From positions 1-17,999 of the forward strand of contig VFJJ01000179.1 in assembly GCA_009886115.1 (NCBI GenBank): a stretch of DNA of 17,999 nt, read 5' to 3'. Position numbers and translations under genes: made by a program. This stretch comes from Actinomycetota bacterium (lineage in GTDB: Bacteria > Actinomycetota > Acidimicrobiia > IMCC26256 > VFJJ01). Shown here piece by piece: positions 9,022 to 17,999 of this stretch. Every line of letters begins with the position of its first letter. The first letter of the stretch is position 1. The notes beneath the pieces were generated by a model. It saw only the letters and a program-made list of their open reading frames with translations, did not search any database and was not told where the DNA came from.

Positions 9022-9125
9022 TCTGACCCGCACGTCGTGTGGGTGCGGTGATGTCGCACCGGTGTTGCTGATCGGGTCAGGATGAGCGCGGCCGGCGGAG
9101 TCGAACGAGCGGAGCGAATCGGCGC

Positions 9126-9362
9126 ATGGATGTCGCATCGGGCGTTGTCGTTTCGGTCCTCGTGCTCTCCGACGCCGCGCTGCTGTCTCTTCACCTGGCG
9201 GCAACGGTCGCGATGCTCGGGCTGATCTGGTTCGTTCAGATCGTTCACTCTCGGTTGTTCGCCGCAGTCGGACGTAGCAGATCCGTGTCGTACGAGGCGG
9301 CGCACTGTCGGGGGTGGTCGGGTCGTTGCCCTCCTGCCGTGGTAACGGTGCTCGTGGCCTGA
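9126..9362 (+). pseudogene. Shortened membrane protein (LHLAAT..MxGLIWFVQ.VH type), 78 aa, probably internally deleted
   Basis: Motif LHLAATVAMLGLIWFVQIVH...F...V...YEAAH resembles a conserved four-helix membrane family that I recall as ~140-150 aa; similarity ends after YEAAH; stop overlaps the next ATG (TGATG). Confidence 0.5.
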
Positions 9363-9793
9363 TGAACCGGTGCGCGTCGAGGTCGGAGCCACGAAGACGT
9401 CGATGGACGAGCCGCGACATCGCGGCTCCGAGCGAAGTCATGTGGGGACTGCTCATCGATGTGGGCCGCTGGCCCGAGTGGGGCCCGTCGGTACGCCATG
9501 CAACGCTCGCAACAAGTCGATTTGAGCTCGGCAGCAGTGGGACCGTGCGAACCGTGGTCGGCCTCGAGCTCCCCTTCGAGGTGACGTGCTTCGAAGAGGG
9601 GCGCTGCTGGTCCTGGAGCGTGGCGGGTCGCCCGGCGACCGATCATGTGGTTGAAGCGAGCGGTCCGGACGCGAGCCGTGTCGCGTTCGGGGTGCCATGG
9701 ATCGCCACGCCCTACCTCGTGGTGTGTCGCATGGCTTTGCGCCGCCTTGACGAGCTCGGCCGACGGGAGGTCGGCCCGCCGCGGGTCACGTGA
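9362..9793 (+). CDS. SRPBCC (START/polyketide cyclase-like) lipid-binding protein, ~143 aa
   Basis: IAAPSEVMWGLLIDVGRWPEWGPSV signature, then FEVTCFEEGRCWSWSVAG; ATG at 9362 coupled by TGATG to the upstream ORF. Confidence 0.8.
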   Translation: MNRCASRSEPRRRRWTSRDIAAPSEVMWGLLIDVGRWPEWGPSVRHATLATSRFELGSSGTVRTVVGLELPFEVTCFEEGRCWSWSVAGRPATDHVVEASGPDASRVAFGVPWIATPYLVVCRMALRRLDELGRREVGPPRVT

Positions 9794-9905
9794 TCGGCGT
9801 GTGACGATTCGGTGCTCGCGAGCCGCGTGGTCCGCCCGGCGATGCCGACCGCCGCAGCGCCCATCGCGAACGGGGTAGGCCCGGCGCTCGGAGCGTGGCG
9901 GACGA

Positions 9906-10091
9906 TCAGCTCTGTTCAGGTGCGCCGTGCATGTCATCGGGCTCGCGATCGGCGACCACCGGCTTCTGCGGCGATCGGGGGGCGTCGGACTCGGCGAGCT
10001 GTCCCAACCAGATGCCCCCGGCCATGACAACTCCCCAGACGGTGAGCGCGAAGACGCCGATTCCGACGCTGAAGATCACGGTCTGGCTCAT
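9906..10091 (-). CDS. Small single-pass membrane protein, 61 aa
   Basis: MSQTVIFSVGIGVFALTVWGVVMAGGIWL hydrophobic N-terminus; ATGA overlap with the upstream small gene. Confidence 0.65.
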   Translation of the reverse strand: MSQTVIFSVGIGVFALTVWGVVMAGGIWLGQLAESDAPRSPQKPVVADREPDDMHGAPEQS

Positions 10092-10306
10092 GAGCGCTCT
10101 CCACTGCGAACACGCGGAGCGACCTCGGCCACCTGGGCCAACAAGAGTGTCCCCAACGAGTGGATCGACGGGACCCAGAGACCGACGAAGATGCCCGCCG
10201 AGGTGTCGTCCTTCACGAAGAAGAGCCAAACGGAGAAGAGGAACGAGACGAACCCGGCAATGAGGAACGGGAGCCTGACGCGAAGCGACGGGTGGACTTT
10301 GGGCAT
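10088..10306 (-). CDS. Small two-helix membrane protein, 72 aa
   Basis: GGAGG RBS before ATG at 10306; two hydrophobic helices, FLIAGFVSFLFSVWLFF and AGIFVGLWVPSIHSLG. Confidence 0.72.
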   Translation of the reverse strand: MPKVHPSLRVRLPFLIAGFVSFLFSVWLFFVKDDTSAGIFVGLWVPSIHSLGTLLLAQVAEVAPRVRSGERS

Positions 10307-10338
10307 CGGAGCCTCCAGGGGAAGGGGTTGCACCGTAC

Positions 10339-10364
10339 TACGTTCCGATCCGGCGCACGGATGC
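10339..10364 (-). promoter_or_regulatory. Putative ECF-sigma promoter for the small membrane protein pair
   Basis: Minus strand GCATCC (10364-10359), 16 nt, CGTA (10342-10339); 32 nt upstream of the ATG. Confidence 0.55.
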
Positions 10365-10497
10365 AGGCAGGTGCATCGAAGGCGCTCTGCATCGAACGGT
10401 GCGCTGCCGGTCGGGTCTGAGCAGGTGACCGTCGGGTCGGGAGAGCCGGCACAAGCGAAGCGGAGAGGCCGTCGCGCCTCGCCCGGGTCGGTGGTGC

Positions 10498-11406
10498 CTA
10501 CTCGGCGTCTCGAGCGGTGGGCAGTGGTTGACGGAACAGGCCCGTGGGCACCGGTGTCCCGGTTCGGACGAGCGCGAGATGCCACGATGGTGACGAGCCG
10601 AGCGCCCAGCGCAAGCTGCGGACGGCGGTGTTGCCGATCTGTGCTGCACCTCGGGCCGGGGTCAACCCGATGATGGTGCGAATGGCCGGTGGAATCGTTG
10701 TTGTGGCGGCCTGGACGAGCAGGCGGTAGCCGAGTCGCACCGAGAGGGGCAGGGGCGGGCTCCGCAGGAACTCGACGGCGTCTGATTGGTCACGGGTGCT
10801 CTCGAGCGCTGGGTGTTCCACGATCCAGCGAGCGAGCTCGTCGGCGGTGGATGGCAGCGGGGAGGCGTTGAGCAACGCGCCGATCCGGGTCTGTTCGGCG
10901 ACGAACCGGTCGGCCTCGGCAACGGTGAGCGGGCACGGTCCGAACGCCTGGTACGCCGAGAGGAAGGAATCCGTCAGCACGTTGTGCACCCAGGCAGCCA
11001 GCGCTGGTGTGCCGGCGCTGTAGGCCTTCTTCCGCTCGGATCGACCGTGCACTGGCACGTGGGCACGCCGCACCGCGGCGACCGCCGCCTCGACCTCGGG
11101 CATCGCTCCGTAGGTGGTCTCTGTGACGTACACGGATGTTCGCGACAGGCGGCCGAGCGGGTCGGCTCGGTACCGTGAGTGCTGTTCCACCCCCGCGACA
11201 ACTTCCGGGTGGGCCGTCTGCACGAGGAGCGCACGAATGCCGCCGACGAACGCCGCTGCGTCGCCGATCACTCGCCATGACACCGAGTCGGGGCCGAGCA
11301 GTCCTCGGTCGCCGCTGTAGTCGAGGGTGTGCTCGAGGGGTTGGGGACCGTGCGAGAACAGCGCCACGGTCGACCCGACCACCTTGTCCTGCAGTTCTCG
11401 GATCAA
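10498..11406 (-). CDS. DUF2236 / MpaB-like (Lcp-fold) oxygenase family protein, ~302 aa
   Basis: GLLGPDSVSWRV...GGIRALLVQTAHPEVVAGVEQHS.YRADPLGRLSRT, VRRAH..V.G, Y.A..P....WVH motifs; TTG start uncertain. Confidence 0.87.
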   Translation of the reverse strand: MIRELQDKVVGSTVALFSHGPQPLEHTLDYSGDRGLLGPDSVSWRVIGDAAAFVGGIRALLVQTAHPEVVAGVEQHSRYRADPLGRLSRTSVYVTETTYGAMPEVEAAVAAVRRAHVPVHGRSERKKAYSAGTPALAAWVHNVLTDSFLSAYQAFGPCPLTVAEADRFVAEQTRIGALLNASPLPSTADELARWIVEHPALESTRDQSDAVEFLRSPPLPLSVRLGYRLLVQAATTTIPPAIRTIIGLTPARGAAQIGNTAVRSLRWALGSSPSWHLALVRTGTPVPTGLFRQPLPTARDAE

Positions 11407-11630
11407 CGTGCCGTGGGTCCTCGCCGCTCGGCGTTCCTGCCGGCGTGAGGAGCCGGCGACGACCGGCCCAGGCTACCTACCGCGAAGAACGATCCCCCTT
11501 CGCTCCGGTGGAGCCCGGACGACCCGGGCCGGGAAATCCTGGAGCATGGCACACCAAAGCAACCGGGGCGGTAGGGCCCGACGGATCGCGTTGCGAAGCT
11601 GACGGGAACGAGATTGATCGTATCTAATTA

Positions 11631-11664
11631 TTGACAGAGTCCAGAAGTCTGGTATGGTGGCGTT
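11631..11664 (+). promoter_or_regulatory. furA promoter (leaderless) with probable FurA autoregulatory site
   Basis: TTGACA (11631-11636), 16 nt, TATGGT (11653-11658) with extended -10 TGn; 6 nt to GTG start; AT-rich patch upstream; inverted repeat CCAGA-AG-TCTGG at 11641-11652. Confidence 0.75.
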
Positions 11665-14404
<2,740 letters not shown>

Positions 14405-14446
14405 TCTCTCAAGGACGATCGGGGATTCCGGGTGCCGCAGGATTGG

Positions 14447-15256
14447 TCAGTCGGCCAGTGACCCGCCGTAGATCTGCCAGGCGAGAAGGGATTTCGCTGC
14501 GAGGCTGAGGACGAGGTAGGTCTTCTCGCCGAAGGCGTAGCTGTGCCAGCGGCCGACGCCGCGGTACTGCAGCCACTGGTTCAGCCCGAAGCTGAAGAAG
14601 AAGATCAGTTCGGCGATCACGATGCCGTAGACGAAGCCGGGGACGGTGTCGGCACCGATCACGTTGACCCAGATCGCCACCCATGGTGCGATACCGGCGA
14701 TCGTGCCGAACCAGAACGGCAGCATGGTCGTCGATGTCCGTCCGGGCGGGTTCATGCGTTCCTGGAGCCAGCCGAAGAGGATCATGGCGACGTTCGCTCC
14801 GGCGATGGCCATCACGGCGGCGATGTCGGTGATGCCGCTGTACGACGCGATCAACAGCACCATCAGGGTGGCGCTGAGCGAGTACTCCACCCATCGAAAC
14901 CGGTTGATGCCTCGACCCAGGTCGCTCTCGTAGGTGCCGCGAGCGAACGTGGCCGTGGCGAAGTGGTCGAGCGCGGCAAGGAGCAGGAACACGGCGATGG
15001 CTGGGCCGATGGCGACGTCGAACAGCCCCTCTGGCGTCGTCAACCGCGTGCCCGGAGGGCCTTGGGGGTAGGTGGAGGTGACCGTGATGGCGAAGTCGCT
15101 CGCCAGCACGAGCACCAGCACCGCCTGCGCTGCGTGCAGCGCCGTCAGCCCGAGGTTCCACCTGCGCAATCCCGCAAGGTATTCAGGCGTGATGCCCGAG
15201 GCGATCGCCGACCCGCTGCGTTCGGAGATCCGGGGCGGTGTCGCTGGTTGGCTCAT
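14447..15256 (-). CDS. Heliorhodopsin (HeR), 269 aa
   Basis: Seven hydrophobic segments; LRRWN...H41..Q, H98, INRFRWVEYSLS (R121, counterion E124), FGWLQE, GEKTYLVLSLAAKSLLAW with retinal-binding K255 (codon 14494-14492). Confidence 0.96.
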   Translation of the reverse strand: MSQPATPPRISERSGSAIASGITPEYLAGLRRWNLGLTALHAAQAVLVLVLASDFAITVTSTYPQGPPGTRLTTPEGLFDVAIGPAIAVFLLLAALDHFATATFARGTYESDLGRGINRFRWVEYSLSATLMVLLIASYSGITDIAAVMAIAGANVAMILFGWLQERMNPPGRTSTTMLPFWFGTIAGIAPWVAIWVNVIGADTVPGFVYGIVIAELIFFFSFGLNQWLQYRGVGRWHSYAFGEKTYLVLSLAAKSLLAWQIYGGSLAD

Positions 15257-15264
15257 GTGTGGCT

Positions 15265-15291
15265 TTCGTTCGTTCGGGCATGGTTGGATGC
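15265..15291 (-). promoter_or_regulatory. Putative ECF-sigma promoter of heliorhodopsin (leaderless geometry)
   Basis: Minus strand GCATCC (15291-15286), 17 nt, CGAA (15268-15265), 8 nt, ATG; no canonical SD. Confidence 0.6.
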
Positions 15292-15332
15292 CAGAGCGCT
15301 TCGCGAGCGACCGCTCCTCGGTGAACGGGAGG

Positions 15333-15767
15333 TCATGTCGCTTCGGTTGTCGTGAACGGGGTGTGTCTCTTGGGGCCCCGGGTCAACAACGACGAGAGGG
15401 TTGCGTGTTCATGACCACCGCTGGGATCGACCGCAACCACGAGCAGCTCGCCGCCGGCGACCTCGAGGGCGACCTGCAGGCAGGCTCCACAAGGAAACGT
15501 GCGTCGACCGTCTGTTCGTGCGGCGCACACGGCGAGTACCGCAGGAGCGATGGCCTCGCTGACCGCGGTGAACAACGCGACGCGCTCGGCGCACATCGAA
15601 AGACCGAGTGAGACGTTCTCGACGAGCACGCCGCGCGCGCTGCGCCCGTCGACCCCGACGATGGCCGCACCCATGGCGAACCCGGAGTACGGCGCGTAGG
15701 CGCTCGCCCGCGCCTCGACAGCGAGGCCGATCACCCGGTGCAGCCGCTCCCGTTCCTCGTCGTTCAT
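15333..15767 (-). CDS. cdd: Cytidine deaminase family protein (homotetrameric type, divergent), 144 aa
   Basis: AYAPYSGFAMGAA, VEN, MCAERVA and PCGAC zinc motifs (three-Cys type). Confidence 0.85.
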   Translation of the reverse strand: MNDEERERLHRVIGLAVEARASAYAPYSGFAMGAAIVGVDGRSARGVLVENVSLGLSMCAERVALFTAVSEAIAPAVLAVCAARTDGRRTFPCGACLQVALEVAGGELLVVAVDPSGGHEHATLSSLLTRGPKRHTPFTTTEAT

Positions 15768-15822
15768 CGCCCCGGCGCCAATGAGTTCCGTCCGTCCATG
15801 CTCCTCGACGCCGCTCGATCGG

Positions 15823-15849
15823 GTCGAACTGCTGGCAGCGCACGGATGC
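15823..15849 (-). promoter_or_regulatory. Putative ECF-sigma promoter upstream of the deaminase
   Basis: Minus strand GCATCC (15849-15844), 17 nt, CGAC (15826-15823); first 12 nt GCATCCGTGCGC identical to the site at 10364-10353. Confidence 0.4.
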
Positions 15850-16018
15850 CGGGTTCTCTCGTCACGTCGCTTCGGATCCTCGCCGTTCGGTCGCCCGCCT
15901 GCCTGAGGCACTGACGATGGCCTCCTCATGCTACGTGCCGCCGGATCGATCTCCCCGCGAACTCCCGCAGTGTTGCTCCGTCGTGGCCGGTGGCCGCGGG
16001 CCCGGTGCCTCCAGCGGC

Positions 16019-16054
16019 GGGCCGGTGGCCGTGGGCCGGTGGCCGTGGGTCGGT
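16019..16054 (+). repeat. 14-bp tandem repeat, ~2.5 copies
   Basis: GGGCCGGTGGCCGT at 16019 and 16033, partial GGGTCGGT at 16047; degenerate copy near 15984-16006. Confidence 0.8.
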
Positions 16055-16163
16055 CCACAACCGACGGATGAGCGGGATCATCTCGTTGGTGCGCTGGCCG
16101 CGTTCGTGCATCGGAACCTGACAGGTACGATCGCGCTCCGCTCGAGACGATGAGGGGGATCTC

Positions 16164-17780
16164 TTGTATCGGGTCACGTTGTCGGAGTCCTACTTCCCGG
16201 CCCAGGGAGGCCAGCCCTGTCGCTTGACGACGATCGGGGCGATGCTGGGCGCGTCGGTCACGGCGGCGCCCGATCGACCCGCGCTGAAGGAGCTCGGCTA
16301 CGACGGCGAGATCGGTCGGGTCTGGACCTACGCCGAGCTGCTGCACGACGCGGAGCGCCTCGCTCGAGCGCTCGCCTCCCGACACGAGGAAGGCGCTCGC
16401 GTGGCGGTGTACGCCAACAACGTCCCCGAGTGGGTCCTGCTCGAGCTCGGCTGCGCGCTCGCCGGGCTGACGTTGGTGACGGTCAACCCCGCGTACCAGC
16501 CTCGTGAGCTGAAGTACGTGCTCGAGCAGTCGCGGTCGGAGGCGATCTACTTCGTCGCCGACTTCCGGGGGAACCCGATGGGCGAGATCGTCGACGCCGT
16601 GTGCGCCGAGATTCCCGCGCTCCGCCATCGGATCCTGCTCACCGACCACGCTGCCCTGTTCGCTGGCGAGCACGACGGCGAGCTGCGCGACCCCGAGCCG
16701 CTCGATCCGGTGCAGATCCAGTACACCTCGGGCACGACGGGCTTCCCCAAAGGTGCGGTCCTGCATCACCAGGGCCTCGTCCAGAACGGCTGTGACACCA
16801 TGGTCCGAGCCGGTGTCGAGCCGGGTGACGTGCTTGTGCACCACATGCCGCTGTTCCACACCACGGGCTGCGCGATCCTGGTCTGTGGCGGCTTGAGCGT
16901 CGGTGCGACCATGCTCCTCGCCCCGCTCTTCGACCCGGACATGATCGTGCGGGTGATGGCGCGCGAGGGCGCCAGGTTCGTCCTCGGTGTACCGACGATG
17001 CTCGTCGCCCTCATCGACGTGGCCCGACGCTCCGGCGCCGACATGAGCTCGGTCCGGGGGATCCTGTCGGGTGGCGCGATGGTCGCGCCCGAGCTGTGCC
17101 GCCAGGCACAGGCGACGTTCGGCGCGCCCATCCAGATCATCTATGGGCAGACCGAGACATGCCCGGTGATCACCGAGGCCTGGTGCGACGATTCGGTGGA
17201 GGACCTCACCGAGACGATCGGCCAGCCCATCCCCCACGTCGACGTGTCGATCCGCGACCCGCAGAACAACCAGGTCGTCCCGATCGGCGTGCAGGGCGAG
17301 ATCTGCGCCCGGGGCTATCTCGTCATGCTCGGCTACAACGACAACCCGGCAGCGACCGCCGCCACGATCGACGCGGAGGGCTGGCTCCACACCGGCGACC
17401 TCGGCACGATGGACGCCCGCGGCTACCTGAAGATCACCGGGCGGGTGAAGGAGATGATCATCCGCGGCGGTGAGAACCTGTTCCCGGCCGAGATCGAGAA
17501 CGCCATGCTCGAGCACGAGGCGATCGCCGAGTGCGCCGTCGTCGGCATCCCCGACGACACCTGGGGTGAGCTGGTCGCGTGCTTCATGCGCCCTGCCGGC
17601 GCCGAACGACCCGACGACGCCGCCCTGAAGGCATTCGTCAGGGCGCGCCTCGCGCCGCAGAAGACCCCCCAGTTCTGGGTCTGGGTCGATGAATGGCCGC
17701 TCACCGGTTCCGGCAAGATCCAGAAGTTCAAGCTGCGTGAGGCCTTCGAGCGCGGCGAGTTCGATCCGCAGGCAGCGTGA
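16164..17780 (+). CDS. AMP-binding acyl-CoA synthetase (ANL superfamily), 538 aa
   Basis: GAGGGGG RBS before TTG; QYTSGTTGFPKG, PLFH, YGQTE, LHTGD, GRVKEMIIRGGEN, TGSGKIQK. Confidence 0.93.
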   Translation: MYRVTLSESYFPAQGGQPCRLTTIGAMLGASVTAAPDRPALKELGYDGEIGRVWTYAELLHDAERLARALASRHEEGARVAVYANNVPEWVLLELGCALAGLTLVTVNPAYQPRELKYVLEQSRSEAIYFVADFRGNPMGEIVDAVCAEIPALRHRILLTDHAALFAGEHDGELRDPEPLDPVQIQYTSGTTGFPKGAVLHHQGLVQNGCDTMVRAGVEPGDVLVHHMPLFHTTGCAILVCGGLSVGATMLLAPLFDPDMIVRVMAREGARFVLGVPTMLVALIDVARRSGADMSSVRGILSGGAMVAPELCRQAQATFGAPIQIIYGQTETCPVITEAWCDDSVEDLTETIGQPIPHVDVSIRDPQNNQVVPIGVQGEICARGYLVMLGYNDNPAATAATIDAEGWLHTGDLGTMDARGYLKITGRVKEMIIRGGENLFPAEIENAMLEHEAIAECAVVGIPDDTWGELVACFMRPAGAERPDDAALKAFVRARLAPQKTPQFWVWVDEWPLTGSGKIQKFKLREAFERGEFDPQAA

Positions 17781-17839
17781 GGCGGGCCGGCACGGGAGCG
17801 ACTTGACCTCGACGTCCGAAAACCTCTAGACGACTCGAT

Positions 17840-17999
17840 GTGACGACCACCAGCGGCTCCCACGGGTGGGACGACGTCGTCGACGACCTACGTCAGCGTC
17901 GCGCTGCCGCTCGGGCCATGGGCGGCGAAGAGCGGCTGCGCAAGCACCGGGAGGCCGGCAAGCTCGATGCCCGGGCTCGCATCGCGCATCTCCTCGACG
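17840..17999 (+). CDS. Acyl-CoA carboxylase carboxyltransferase subunit, 5' part (runs off the window)
   Basis: Manual translation from GTG 17840: MTTTSGSHGWDDVVDDLRQRRAAARAMGGEERLRKHREAGKLDARARIAHLLD, matching the GG.E....H...GKL.AR.RI..LLD start of carboxyltransferases; TTGACC at 17803 and TAGACG at 17827 upstream. Confidence 0.8.
   Translation, partial: MTTTSGSHGWDDVVDDLRQRRAAARAMGGEERLRKHREAGKLDARARIAHLLD

Noticed and set aside
15764..15799. 11-codon uORF (MDGRNSLAPGR) whose stop overlaps the deaminase start
   Set aside because: The GAGGAG lies only 1 nt from its ATG, too close for efficient initiation; no other support.
15768..17516. Apparent 727-aa minus-strand ORF suggesting a large deaminase fusion
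   Set aside because: The upstream part is antisense to the acyl-CoA synthetase; only the last 144 codons carry deaminase motifs.

Overview
High-GC (roughly 70% by eye) actinobacterial-type DNA; gene content and promoter style are consistent with Acidimicrobiia (inference). Left to right: (i) a minus-strand catabolic operon of Baeyer-Villiger monooxygenase, TetR regulator, cupin and amidohydrolase, with a palindrome inside its promoter; (ii) a stand-alone 1045-aa PLD nuclease/SF2 helicase/DUF3427 protein of the SauUSI type IV restriction architecture; (iii) an ~8 kb putative light/oxidative-stress island (7.5-15.9 kb) containing a DoxX-like protein, decayed DUF2867, SDR and membrane-protein remnants, an SRPBCC protein, two small coupled membrane proteins, a DUF2236/MpaB-like oxygenase, furA-katG, a heliorhodopsin and a divergent cytidine deaminase; (iv) an acyl-CoA synthetase and the 5' end of an acyl-CoA carboxyltransferase. 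The most notable signal is a recurring (G/C)(C/G)ATCC-N16/17-CG(A/T)N motif, resembling ECF sigma (SigK/RpoE-type) promoters, upstream of the heliorhodopsin, the deaminase, the small membrane proteins and doxX, suggesting a co-regulated photo-oxidative regulon. All family assignments come from motif recognition by eye; no database search was run.
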